Positions 15,956 to 29,995 of a DNA stretch of 64,000 bases are shown here, piece after piece; position 1 is the first letter of the stretch; each line of letters starts with the position of its first letter. Under the pieces are notes generated by a model, which did not search any database, had not been told where the DNA came from, and worked only from the letters and a program-made list of their open reading frames with translations. The position numbers and the translations under genes were made by a program. The stretch spans positions 4,588,001 to 4,652,000 of the forward strand of contig OZ024766.1 in the NCBI GenBank assembly GCA_964016885.1. The letters are read 5' to 3'. The DNA comes from Eledone cirrhosa. Its lineage: Eukaryota.

Positions 15956-16144
15956 ACACATTGACAGTCATATAGAAAGAGAGAGCAATGGACAATAGTT
16001 CTATAGACTGCCCCCAGATGGCGGTCATGTATAAACCATCAGCTCCCTCTTGAGACCTCTGTAAGAAAGTTGTCGCCATTTTTAGTTCTAGATATGATAG
16101 CAGAGGTAGTGCATGATTTGTTACAAGGATTGGAGGCATATCGT

Positions 16145-16360
<216 letters not shown>

Positions 16361-16549
16361 TATACATATATATATATATCTATATACACATACGCGCATA
16401 TATATATATATATATGAATGTATGTATGTATATGTATATGTATATATGTATGTATGTTTCTATGTATGGATATGTATATGTATATATATATATAAATGCA
16501 TGTATATATATATAAGCATGTATATATACGTATATATATATATATATAC

Positions 16550-16589
<40 letters not shown>

Positions 16590-16644
16590 GTATATATATA
16601 TATATATATATATAAGATCAAAAGATGGTTAAAAGAGTTCGATG

Positions 16645-16715
16645 TATTTTATTATGCGCATTTCAAAAGCAAATATCATCATGCAATAACATTTGCGTTT
16701 TCGTCAGATAAAATA
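16645..16715 (-). ncRNA. Type I minimal hammerhead ribozyme, family F
   Basis: Minus: TATTTTAT CTGACGA AAACGCAAATGTTA loop TGATATTTGCTTTT GAAA TGCGCA TA ATAAAATA; helix I 8 bp, palindromic helix III region ATGCGCAT. Confidence 0.88.
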
Positions 16716-16768
16716 GGGAGACATGATATGAAGGTTAAAACACACTTGTGAATAGTGCAGTTTTAAAT

Positions 16769-16842
<74 letters not shown>

Positions 16843-16844
<2 letters not shown>

Positions 16845-17032
16845 CGAAGGAAATGTGGTAAGGAACCAGGTGGACCATAACGCACTAGAGTACTCAATAC
16901 TTAGGGTAGTAGAGTGGGTAATAGGAACGAGTAGGACCCCGACGGCAGAGCTCAAGCCGTTTCGATGGCTAATTCTGGACTAGAATTAGCCGTCGAAACG
17001 GCTTGAGCTCAGCTGTCGGGGTCTTACTGGTT

Positions 17033-17037
<5 letters not shown>
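16843..17037 (-). mobile_element. Family E element: hammerhead 3' half with fold-back palindrome
   Basis: Imperfect palindrome 16921-17037 centred at 16979; GAAA CGGC TTGAGCTCT GCCG TC (helix III and GUC site) present, CTGANGA absent; copies at 18990 and 60637. Confidence 0.7.
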
Positions 17038-17074
<37 letters not shown>

Positions 17075-17151
17075 TATATATATATATATATGCATATATA
17101 TATATATATATGCATGTATATATATATATATATATATGTATATACATATAC

Positions 17152-17220
<69 letters not shown>

Positions 17221-17290
17221 CATATATATATATATATGTATATATATATACATATATATATATATATGTATATATATATACATATATATG

Positions 17291-17321
<31 letters not shown>

Positions 17322-17322
17322 G

Positions 17323-17399
<77 letters not shown>

Positions 17400-18285
17400 G
17401 TATATATATACATATATATATGTATGTATAGGTGTTAACCACAGAGCTAGAGGTAATCTTTAACCCTTTCCCAATGATTACATATTACCACTTTACACCC
17501 TGGAGCATCTCACACAGCATCGCCCACATCCACCTCCTCTACACCACCTCACCTCCTCCCTCACCTCCTCTACACCACCTCACCTCTTCTACACCACCTC
17601 ATTACCTCACCTCCTCCCTAACCCCCTTCTACACCACCTCATTACCTCACCTCCTCCCCCCTACACCTCATTACTTCACCTCCTGCCACTTCTTTTGTCA
17701 CCTCCCACCAACACTCACTTCTCCTCGCCACTTCCTTCCATTTCTTCACCTCCTCCTACTCCTTTCTATCTTATTACACCCCTTCCCCCCCCTTCTCCTC
17801 TCCCTCACCTCCTCCTACAACTCACCTTCATCCCCGCCGCCCACCTCATTCTCTTTCTTTCTCCCTCTCTCGTTACTAATTCTATCACCTCCTCCTACAC
17901 CTCTCCATAAACCCTCCCTCTCTCTCTGTCTCTCTATCTCTCTCTCCTCACACCACTACACCATTGCCTGCTCTCACCTCCTCGCCCCACACACTCTTCC
18001 TTCCTTCCTTCCTCACTACTACCAACAACACCTCTTCCCCTTCCTCACACCTCTCTATATTCACCCCCTCCTCCCTCCCTCCCTCCACTCCCACCACCAC
18101 CACCAACAGTTTCTAGATATTTTCCTATACAAAACAATTACACGAGAATTGCCACTTCGTTAATATCTTGTCAATTATATTGGGGGGTAGGGGGAGGTGT
18201 AGTGGGGGGAGGGGGGTGATGGAGTGTAGTGGGGGGTGGCTCGGTGGTGGGTGTTAGTGAGAGGCTAATGGTGGTGGATTAGTTG

Positions 18286-18322
<37 letters not shown>

Positions 18323-18335
18323 ATATTAAATAGAC

Positions 18336-18376
<41 letters not shown>

Positions 18377-18438
18377 ATATATATATATATATTATATGTA
18401 GATTTTTATATATACAATGCATGTATGTATATATATGT

Positions 18439-18482
<44 letters not shown>

Positions 18483-18584
18483 TTAAATAGACTATATATA
18501 TATGTACACATATATATATATTGTATTAAATAGACTATATATCAATGTATACACATATATATATATATAGTATTAAATAGACAC

Positions 18585-18624
<40 letters not shown>

Positions 18625-18724
18625 CTATTTAATACTATATATATATATATATATATGTATACATATATATATATATAGTCTATTTAATACTATATATATA
18701 TATATATATATATAGTCTATTTAA

Positions 18725-18770
<46 letters not shown>

Positions 18771-18784
18771 AAATAGACTATATA

Positions 18785-18883
18785 TAGGGTGTCCCCAAAA
18801 ATGTATACGCAATTCAACAGCATTCTAATAAATATTCCATATACAGGTAATCAAAGTGTGTATACATTTTTAGAGGACACCTG
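18785..18883. mobile_element. Tc1/mariner-type MITE
   Basis: Imperfect ~25-bp TIRs TAGGGTGTCCCCAAAAATGTATAC / GTATACATTTTTAGAGGACACCTG in TA context. Confidence 0.65.
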
Positions 18884-18884
18884 T

Positions 18885-18933
<49 letters not shown>

Positions 18934-18948
18934 TATATAGTATTAAAC

Positions 18949-18989
<41 letters not shown>

Positions 18990-18990
<1 letters not shown>

Positions 18991-19118
18991 GGAAAATGTA
19001 TGACCCCGACGGCAGAGCTCAAGCCGTTTCGACGGCTATTTCTACATTCATGAAGAGTTGGGGGTCATACATTTTCCTATTACCAACTCTACTACCCTAA
19101 GTATTGAGTACTCTGGTG
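18990..19118 (+). mobile_element. Family E element, rearranged
   Basis: Inverted arm 18990-19044 with HHR 3' half; sense arm 19061-19118 matches the family E tail. Confidence 0.7.
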
Positions 19119-19153
<35 letters not shown>

Positions 19154-19242
19154 GTATGTGGTTGATGGCTGAGAGAATGGAGTACTCAATAGCGAAGTAG
19201 AGTTTCAATATTCGTTTGTTAAGGCTCAATAGTGAGTCTTTT

Positions 19243-19280
19243 TACTCCGGAGTTTCGCCTGTTTACCACAGGTTCATCAG
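19243..19280 (-). ncRNA. Hammerhead core, family G (element ~19160-19302; helix I unpaired)
   Basis: Minus: CTGATGA ACCTGT GGTAA ACAGGC GAAA CTCCGGAG TA; palindromic helix III, A.C at the first stem II pair. Confidence 0.65.
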
Positions 19281-19539
19281 GCATAAACAGGTGACTACAC
19301 TCATTATTTATATATATATATATTTATATATATATATATATTATTTATATATATATATATCATTTATATATATATATATTATATATATATATATTATTTA
19401 TATATATATATATATTATTTATATATATATATATATTATTTATATATATATTATTTATATATATATTATTTATATATATATATATATTATTTATATATAT
19501 ATATATATATATTATTTATATATATATATATATATCATT

Positions 19540-19571
<32 letters not shown>

Positions 19572-19592
19572 TATATATATAGAGAGAGATGA

Positions 19593-19646
<54 letters not shown>

Positions 19647-19724
19647 ATAATCTTCTCCCACATATTCCTGGGAGGGTCGTCGGAGCAGAGTCATCTAACA
19701 CGCCATCCATCGACTCATGTCAGA

Positions 19725-20780
<1,056 letters not shown>

Positions 20781-20824
20781 GGATGGGATGGAATATGATG
20801 AGATATTGAGATGCTAAAAGGCAA

Positions 20825-20911
20825 ACAACAACAACAACAACAGCAGCAGCAACAACAACAACAACAACAACAGCAACAGCAGCAGCAACAACAACAACAA
20901 CAACAACAACA
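20825..20911. repeat. (CAA/CAG)n trinucleotide repeat
   Basis: Direct reading. Confidence 0.95.
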
Positions 20912-20962
20912 TCAGTTCTGTATAATAATATTTTTTATTCAATCTAAAACAACAAGAATATT

Positions 20963-22160
20963 AGTGGTGGTGGTGGTGGTGGTGGTATGGTGTAGTGGTG
21001 GTGGGGGTGGGGGTGTAGTGGTGGTGATGGTGGTGGTGGTGGGGAGGTGGTGGTGATGAACAGCACCACCTCCACACCACCACCTCCAACTCCTTCACAA
21101 AAACCACCCCCACTCCCATCATTACACCACCACACCATACCACCACCATCACCACCATCATCACCACTGCACCATACCACCACCACCACCACCATCATCA
21201 CCACCACTACACCATACCACCACCACCACCATCATCACTACACCACCATCACCACCATCACCACCACTACACCATACCACCACCACCATCATCACCACTA
21301 CACCATACCACCACCACCATCACCATCATCACCACTACACCATACCACCACCACCATCATCACCACTACACCATACCACCACCACCATCACCATCATCAC
21401 CACTACACCATACCACCACCACCATCATCACCACTACACCATACCACCACCACCATCACCACCACTACACCATACCACCACCACCATCATCACCACTACA
21501 CCACACCACCACCATCACCATCATCACCACTACACCACACCACCACCACCATCACCACCATCATCACCACTACACCACACCACCACCACCACCATCATCA
21601 CCACTACACCATACCACCACCACCATCATCATCACCACTACACCATACCACCACCACCATCACCACCACTACACCATACCACCACCACCACCATCATCAC
21701 CACTACACCATACCACCACCACCATCACCACCACTACACCATACCACCATCATCACTACACCACACCACCACCACCATCATCACCACTACACCATACCAC
21801 CACCACCACCATCATCACCACTACACCATACCACCACCACCATCACCATCATCACCACTACACCACACCACCACCATCACCATCATCACCACTACACCAC
21901 AACCACCATCACCACCATCATCACCACTACACCACACCACCACCATCATCACCACTACACCACACCACCACCACCATCACCACCACTACACCATACCACC
22001 ACCACCATCACCATCATCACCACTACACCACACCACCACCACCACCATCATCACCACTACACCACACCACCACCACCATCATCACCACTACACCATACCA
22101 CCAAATAATACCACCACACCACCACCACCACACCACCACCACCACACCCTACCACCACCA
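20963..22160. repeat. (GGT)n then (CCA/CAT/CTA)n repeat
   Basis: Direct reading. Confidence 0.95.
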
Positions 22161-22260
22161 CGTCAGACATCAATTTTCATTATCTGACTGAAGATATTGT
22201 AAATGAGAAAATCATAACTTTGTGTGTGTGTATATATATATATATATATGTGTGTATATA

Positions 22261-22299
<39 letters not shown>

Positions 22300-22709
22300 A
22301 TATATATATATATGTGTGTGTATGTGTGTGTATAGATATGTGTGTGTATAGATATGTATGTGTGTGTATGTGTATATATGTATATAGAGACAAATACACA
22401 AATATTTAACCATATATATATATATATGTGTGTGTGTGTATGTGTGTGTGTATAGATATGTGTGTGTATAGATATGTGTGTGTCTATGTATGTATGTGTG
22501 TATATGTGTATATGTGTATATAGAGACAAATACACAACTATTTAACCATATACATATATATATATGTATGAGTGTATATACGTGTATGTATATATATATA
22601 TATACAAATATATATATGTGTGGATGTATGTACGTGTGTATATAAGTGTATATAGAGACAAATACACACATATATATATATATACACAGACATACACACA
22701 AATATTTAA

Positions 22710-22752
<43 letters not shown>

Positions 22753-23049
22753 TGTATATATGTGTATGTATGTATGTATATATATATATATATATATATA
22801 CACATACATACACACAAATATTTAACCATATATATATATATATGAGTGTATATACGTGTATGTATATATATATATATATATATATAAATATGTGTGTGTC
22901 TGTGTTGATGTGTATATGTAGGTGTGTATAATATATATATACAGATAGATCGATAGATAACTAGTGTATATGGGATGTTTGATGAAATCTGATATGAAAT
23001 AATACAAGTTTATAACATGGAACTGTCTGGCCTTGATATATACACATAC

Positions 23050-23091
<42 letters not shown>

Positions 23092-23181
23092 GTGTGTAAA
23101 TATATACTATGTATATATATATATATATACACATGTGTGTAAATACATGCTATATATATATACATGTGTGTAAATATATAC

Positions 23182-23329
<148 letters not shown>

Positions 23330-23389
23330 ATATCATAAATATATACTATGTATATATAGTAATAAATTTGAAGACTAAAATACTATGTA

Positions 23390-23451
<62 letters not shown>

Positions 23452-23640
23452 TATATACATATATATGTATATATATATACATAGTATATATTTATGATAT
23501 TATATATATATAAATATATATCATATTTTTACATCTATATAAATAGTGTAGAATTTGATGGGTTTGATCTTTGCTCATTGTTTTGATTGTGTATATATAC
23601 ATATATATATATATATACACACAGATATATACATGTATAT

Positions 23641-23682
<42 letters not shown>

Positions 23683-23684
23683 AT

Positions 23685-23729
<45 letters not shown>

Positions 23730-23756
23730 CAGATATATACATGTATATACACATAG

Positions 23757-23812
<56 letters not shown>

Positions 23813-23829
23813 CTATGTGTATATACATG

Positions 23830-23867
<38 letters not shown>

Positions 23868-24088
23868 CGTTGCCGATATTGATTTTACATAGCTGAACAA
23901 TTGGATGTGTTTTTAAAGAGTTATCTTTGCAAACATTAGGGTTAAGTTTAGTCCTTTTGTGTGGCCCCTTTAGCAAGTCTTCTACTATAAATTCTGGGTC
24001 AAGCAATAACTTGGGAAAATTTGGTAGACAGGAACTGTGTAATAGCCTCTATTTCTTTGTTAGGATGGCACAGTTTTGCTGATCCTTA
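23868..24088 (-). pseudogene. Possible degenerate Penelope RT-thumb fragment
   Basis: Frameshifted minus translation [29 protein letters not shown] loosely resembles the PLE thumb pattern R..R.C..E.......NGYP; weak. Confidence 0.25.
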
Positions 24089-24132
24089 CATATATACATA
24101 GATACATATATATATATATATATACACGTATA

Positions 24133-24212
<80 letters not shown>

Positions 24213-24279
24213 CATGTATTTGAAAAAAAGGAAAAGAATGACTTCACTTGTAGTGTTTTTGATTTAATTTTTGATTTAA

Positions 24280-25064
24280 TTGTTTCTACTTTTGGCACAA
24301 GGCCAGCAATTACACCAGTGTATTACTGGTACTTTATTTTATCGACCCTGTAATAATTGTTTCTACTTTAGGCACAAGGCCAGCAATTACCCCAGTGTAT
24401 TACTGGTACTTTATTTTATCAACCCTGTAATAATTGTTTCTACTTTAGGCACAAGGCCAGCAATTACCCCAGTGTATTACTGGTACTTTATTTTATCAAC
24501 CCTGTAATAATTGTTTCTACTTTAGGCACAAGGCCAGCAATTACCCCAGTGTATTACTGGTACTTTATTTTATCAACCCTGTAATAATTGTTTCTACCTT
24601 TGGCACAAGGCCAGCAATTACCCCAGTGTATTACTGGTACTTTATTTTATCAACCCTGTAATAATTGTTTCTACCTTTGGCACAAGGCCAGCAATTACCC
24701 CAGTGTATTACTGGTACTTTATTTTATCAACCCTGTAATAATTGTTTCTACTTTAGGCACAAGGCCAGCAATTACCCCAGTGTATTACTGGTACTTTATT
24801 TTATCAACCCTGTAATAATTGTTTCTACCTTTGGCACAAGGCCAGCAATTACCCCAGTGTATTACTGGTACTTTATTTTATCAACCCTGTAATAATTGTT
24901 TCTACTTTTGGCACAAGGCCAGCAATTACCCCAGTGTATTACTGGTACTTTATTTTATCAACCCTGTAATAATTGTTTCTACTTTTGGCACAAGGCCAGC
25001 AATTACCCCAGTGTATTACTGGTACTTTATTTTATCGAGCCCCGAAAGGAAGAAAGGCAAAGTT
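24280..25064 (-). repeat. 77-bp tandem array (10 units) derived from a Meta/MESC SINE 3' end
   Basis: Same unit as 11024-11742; ends in a SINE body fragment. Confidence 0.92.
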
Positions 25065-25279
25065 GGTAGATCCAGTTGTGTGTGTATATGCATCTCTTCT
25101 TGTACATATATATATATATATATATATACAAGAATACATGCATATATACACACACACGTGTGTGTATGTGTGTGGTGTGGTGTGGTGTGGTGTGTGTGTA
25201 CATACAGCGGTGGTGTTTTTGATGTGAGTTGCGGTGGTAGTGGCTGTTTTCTGGAATTGACCGCATTAGCTAAACTATC

Positions 25280-27115
25280 GCAGGTGGTGTTATTTGGTCT
25301 GGTGGTGTGGTGGTGTGTGGTGGTGTGTGGTGTGGTGGTGTGGTGTGGTGTGGTGTGGTGTGGTGGTGTGTGGTGTGTGGTGGTGTGTGGTGTGTGGTGG
25401 TGTGTGGTGTGGTGTGGTGTGGTGTGGTGTGGTATGGTGTGGTGTGGTGTGATGTTATTTGGTCTGGTTGTGTGGTGGTGTGGTGTGGTGTGGTGTGGTG
25501 TGGTGTGGTGTGGTGTTATTTAGTCTGGTGGTGTGGTGGTGTGGTGTGGTGTGGTGTGGTGTAGTGTGGTGTGGTGTGGTGTGGTGTTATTTGGTCTGGT
25601 GGTGTGGTGTGTGGTGGTATGGTGTGGTGTGGTTGTGGTGTGGTGTGGTGTTATTTGGTCTGGTTGTGTGGTGGTGTGTGGTGGTGTGTGGTGTGGTGGT
25701 GTGGTGTGTGGTGTGTGGTGGTGTGTGGTGGTGTGGTGGTGTGTGGTGTGGTGGTGTGGTGGTCTGTGGTGTGGTGTGGTGTGGTGTTGTATTAATGGCA
25801 GTTGAAGATTATAGCATTGTGTGATGTTGTAGCTTTGTAATGTGGTGTGGTGTGGTGTGTTGTAGTGGCGTGGTGTGGTGTAGTGTGGTGTAATGTGGTG
25901 TGGTGTGGTGTGGTGTGGTGTGTTGTAGTGGTGTGGTGTAGTGTGGTGTAATGTGATGTGGTGTGGTGTGGTGTGTTGTAGTGGTGTGGTGTAGTGTGGT
26001 GTAATGTGATGTGGTGTGGTGTGTTGTAGTGGTGTGGTGTAGTGTGGTGTAATGTGGTGTGGTGTGGTGTGGTGTGTTGTAGTGGTGTGGTGTAATGTGG
26101 TGTGGTGTGGTGTGGTGTAGTGTGGTGTAATGTGGTGTGGTGTGGTGTGGTGTGTTGTAGTGGTGTGGTGTAGTGTGGTGTAATGTGGTGTAGTGTGGTG
26201 TGGTGTAATGTGGTGTGGTGTAATGTGTAGTGGTGTGGTGTAGTGTGGTGTAATGTGGTGTGGTGTGGTGGTGGTGTGTTGTAGTGGTGTGGTGTAATGT
26301 GGTGTGGTGTGGTGTGGTGTAGTGTGGTGTAATGTGGTGTGGTGTAATGCGGTGTCTCGAGGTGTAGTTTGGTGTGGTCTTATGTGGTGGTGCAGTTGTG
26401 ATGTGGTCTGGTGGTGTGGTCTGGTGGTGGTGGTCTGGTGGTGTGTTATGGTTGTATGGTGGTAGTGGTAGTGTGGTGGTATAGTGATGTGGTGATGGTG
26501 TGTTGTGGTGGTGTGGTGGTGTGGTGGCGTGGTGGTGTGGTGGTGGTGTGTTATGGTGGTGTGGTGGCGTGGTGGTGTGGTGGTGGTGTGTTCCAGTAAT
26601 CTATCCAGACAGTCCTGCCGTGCCCGTGTCACAACACAAACCACAACATATCAAACTTGATTAGAGTAAATGTCATATTCTGTGACATCACCACCACCAC
26701 TATACCACCACCACCACCACTACCACCACTACTACACACCACCACCACTACACCACCACCACCTCTACTATACCACCACCACCAACACTACTACACACCA
26801 CCACCACCACTACACCACCACCACTACTATACCACCACCACCACTACTATACCACCACCACCACCACCAACACTACTATACACCACCACCACCAACACTA
26901 CACACCACCACCACCACTATACCACCACCACCAACACTACACCCCACCACCACCACTATACCACCACCACCACTACTACACACCACCACCACCACCACTA
27001 CACCACCACCACTACTACACCACCACCAACACTACTACACACCACCACCACCACTACTACACCACCACCACCACCAACACTACTATACACCACCACCACC
27101 ACCACCACCACCACA
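25280..27115. repeat. (GTGTG/GGT)n and (CCA/CTA)n repeats
   Basis: Direct reading; short unique spacers at ~25790 and 26590-26690. Confidence 0.93.
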
Positions 27116-27261
27116 CACTCTGTATTTCCCGTCAGCCATCTTGCTACAATAAGTTCCCTTTTTTTTAATCCCAAGGTCCAGGGTTCTAACCCTACATTTG
27201 TCCCAGTAAAATGGTTATTTCACCCAAATTTAATCCTACATTTCACCCTGTATGTCATCTC

Positions 27262-27293
<32 letters not shown>

Positions 27294-27309
27294 AGATTTA
27301 ATATAGATG

Positions 27310-27360
27310 AGATTCTACAGGACTAGAACTGTTTCATTCCTTAGAAATCATCAGGAATCT
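27310..27360 (-). ncRNA. Type I hammerhead ribozyme, family D (minus copy)
   Basis: Exact reverse complement of 27393-27443. Confidence 0.72.
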
Positions 27361-27392
27361 GGGTATCAAAAAATAAATATTTTTTGATACCC

Positions 27393-27443
27393 AGATTCCT
27401 GATGATTTCTAAGGAATGAAACAGTTCTAGTCCTGTAGAATCT
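27393..27443 (+). ncRNA. Type I hammerhead ribozyme, family D
   Basis: AGATTC CTGATGA TTTC TAAG GAAT GAAA CAG TTCTAGTC CTG TA GAATCT; helices I and III fully paired, U.U at the first stem II pair. Confidence 0.72.
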
Positions 27444-27525
27444 CATCTATATTAAAACTTTTATACTCTGCAATGTATTGAGTACCTTACTTACTGTGGT
27501 TACCTCCGATTCAACCCGGAATAAC

Positions 27526-27558
<33 letters not shown>

Positions 27559-27561
<3 letters not shown>

Positions 27562-27830
27562 CAAAAGTTAAACAAGTTTCATTGATTAATCAAGAAATAT
27601 AGTTTTACAATAGATTAGAAGCACTCCACAGCGGTTTTCTGGAGTTATTACTACTGCCAAGACTGAAATTGAACCATCAACACAGTTGAGGTATGTCATA
27701 CATGAATTTATATATTTTATCTGATGAGGACGTACTGAAAAAAAACACCACAGTACCTCTGAAATATATATAATAAAACATAGATTTTGAGTACATGAAT
27801 GTCTCCATTTTTTTATATTTTGAATTAATA
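27559..27830. mobile_element. Family A element, internally inverted/scrambled
   Basis: 27559-27680 in the same orientation as 10622-10890 with a deletion; 27681-27830 in the opposite orientation. Confidence 0.75.
27715..27778 (+). ncRNA. Type I minimal hammerhead ribozyme, family A
   Basis: TTTTAT CTGATGA GGACGTACTG loop CAGTACCTCT GAAA TATATA TA ATAAAA. Confidence 0.88.
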
Positions 27831-27886
27831 TATACGGTGCCCCAGCATGGCCTCAGCCGGATGGCTGAAACAGGTAAAAGAATATA

Positions 27887-28149
27887 ATTGTTTCTACTTT
27901 TTGCACAAGGCCAGCAAATACCCAGTGCATTACTGGTACTTTATTTTATCGACCCTGTAATAATTGTTTCTACTTTTGGCACAAGGCCAGCAATTACCCC
28001 AGTGCATTACTGGTACTTTATTTTATCGACCCCGTAAGGATGAAAGGCAAAGTCAACCTCGGCGGGATTTGAACTCAGATCGTTAAGGGACGTAACTATG
28101 CTGGAAAGCATGGCGTCCGACCCTCTACCGATACTGCCAATCCACCGCC
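27887..28149 (-). mobile_element. tRNA-derived Meta/MESC-type SINE, full length, tail duplicated
   Basis: Minus: A-box-like TGGCAGTATCGG, B-box GAGTTCAAATCCC, Meta-like GCCTTTCATCCTTACGGGGTCGATAAAATAAAGTACCAG. Confidence 0.85.
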
Positions 28150-28209
28150 TATATATATATATATATAATATTATATATATAATATTATATATATATAATA
28201 TTATATATA

Positions 28210-28770
28210 TAATATTAATTCAAAATATTAACAAAAATAGATATTCGTGTGATCAAGTATATTTTATTATACATATTTCAGAGGTACTGAACTATCTTCA
28301 GTACCTCTGAAATATGTATAATAAAATATAGCTCAGTACCTCTGAAATATGTATAATAAAATATAGCTCAGTACCTCTGAAATATGTATAATAAAATATA
28401 GCTCAGTACCTCTGAAATATATATAATAAAATATAGCTCAGTACCTCTGAAATATTATAATAAAATATAGCTCAGTACCTCTGAAATATGTATAATAAAA
28501 TATAGCTCAGTACCTCTGAAATATGTATAATAAAATATAGCTCAGTACCTCTGAAATGTGTATAATAAAATATAGCTCAGTACCTTTGAAATATGTATAA
28601 TAAAATATAGCTCAGTACCTCTGAAATATGTATAATAAAATATAGCTCAGTACCTCTGAAATGTGTATAATAAAATATAGCTCAGTACCTTTGAAATATG
28701 TATAATAAAATATACTTGATCACCCGAATGTCTATATTTGTTAATATTTTGAATTAATATTAATAACTCC
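28210..28770. repeat. Family A fold-back with 12 x 35-bp tandem array of the hammerhead 3' half
   Basis: Inverted arms 28210-28290 and 28683-28762; unit CAGTACCTCTGAAATATGTATAATAAAATATAGCT starting 28299 to 28683. Confidence 0.92.
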
Positions 28771-29033
28771 GTAAACCAACAAGATGGTGTAGGACAGAAC
28801 AAAGGAGAAGCACAAAACAAAGAAAAGAATCCCCAGTCACTGAAGAGGTCACAGAATGTGCGACGAAAGAACTTTGACAATATATAAGAACAACCGTCCG
28901 GTTATGGAACCAACCAACCAACCGGAAATTTATAAATTCTTAAATTTATAAATTTAATTTATAATAAAATGAAGTGAAAGCAACTGGTGCGTGTGTTTCT
29001 TATTGGCAACATGACCCTCCCAAAGCATAACAA
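28771..29033 (+). mobile_element. Solo Penelope pLTR (family C) with HHR at 28835-28879
   Basis: Diverged homolog of 45640-45904; ends at (TA)n. Confidence 0.85.
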
Positions 29034-29087
29034 TATATATATATATATATATATCGACCCCGTAAGAATGAAAGGCAAATTCAACCT

Positions 29088-29543
29088 GCCAGACAGTCCA
29101 CGCTGTAATGTGGCCGTGTAGGCAACACGGTAAAAACCTCCCAGCCCCACACTGTAAATGTGGTTGGTGTTAGGAAGGGCATCCGGCTGTAGAAAACCCG
29201 CCAGACAGTCCATGCTGTAATGTGGCCGTGTAGGCAACACGGTAAAAACCTCCCAGTCCCACACTGTAAATGTGGTTGGTGTTAGGAAGGGCATCCAGCT
29301 GTAGAAAACCCGCCAGACAGTCCACGCTGTAATGTGGCCGTGTAGGCAACACGGTAAAAACCTCCCAGTCCACACTGTAAATGTGGTTGGTGTTAGGAAG
29401 GGCATCCAGCTGTAGAAAACCCGCCAGACAGTCCTATGCGAGCAAGACAACCACTCTTGCCTCAAGTGGGAAAACCCCCGTCCAAACCCATGCAAGCGTG
29501 GAACACGGACGTTAAACGTTGATGATGATGATGATGATGATGA
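29088..29543 (+). mobile_element. RTE LINE 3' UTR fragment with 3 x ~112-bp tandem repeat and (GAT)n tail
   Basis: Matches the UTR at 35754-36612; fused at its 5' side to a Meta SINE fragment at 29053-29087. Confidence 0.85.
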
Positions 29544-29644
29544 TATATATATATATATATATTGAGGTGATATATATATATATATTGAGGTGATGATATA
29601 TATATATATTGAGGTGATGATATATATATATATATATTGAGGTG

Positions 29645-29995
29645 GAGGCACATGGCTTAGTGGTTAGAGCATTGGCCTTGCAATCGAAAGGTTGTGAGTG
29701 TTCAATTCTCAGACCGGGTGATGTGTTGTTTCCTTGAGCAAGACACTTTATTTCACATTGCTCCAGTTTACTCAGCTGTAGAAATGAGATGATAGGGACT
29801 GGGGTCCCTATCATTCCACTGCAAAGTGGTCGTGGAGGTGCCACGGCAAAAAAGCACCCAGCACTCACTGTAAATGAGGTTGGTGTTAGGAAGGGCATCC
29901 AGCTGTAGAAATCAAGCCAGAATCAGTTCCCGTCCCACCCTTGCAAGCAGGGAAAAAGCAGACGTAAAATGAAATGATGATGAAATGATGATGAT
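29645..29995 (+). mobile_element. tRNA-derived CORE-like SINE with RTE-related tail
   Basis: A-box TGGCTTAGTGG, B-box-like GTTCAATTC, CCTTGAGCAAGACACTT core; tail GTTAGGAAGGGCATCCAGCTGTAGAAA shared with the RTE UTR; (ATG)n end. Confidence 0.82.

Larger units (their letters stand above)
27297..27527 (+). mobile_element. Family D element with perfect 160-bp palindrome
   Basis: 79-bp arms 27297-27375 / 27378-27456 with a 2-nt loop; tail to 27527 then (TA)n. Confidence 0.85.

Noticed and set aside
20811-21056. Polyglutamine ORF
   Set aside because: (CAA/CAG)n microsatellite without coding context or splice support
28060-28149. tRNA genes at A/B-box sequences (also 29645 and 32254)
   Set aside because: No cloverleaf; continuous with SINE bodies
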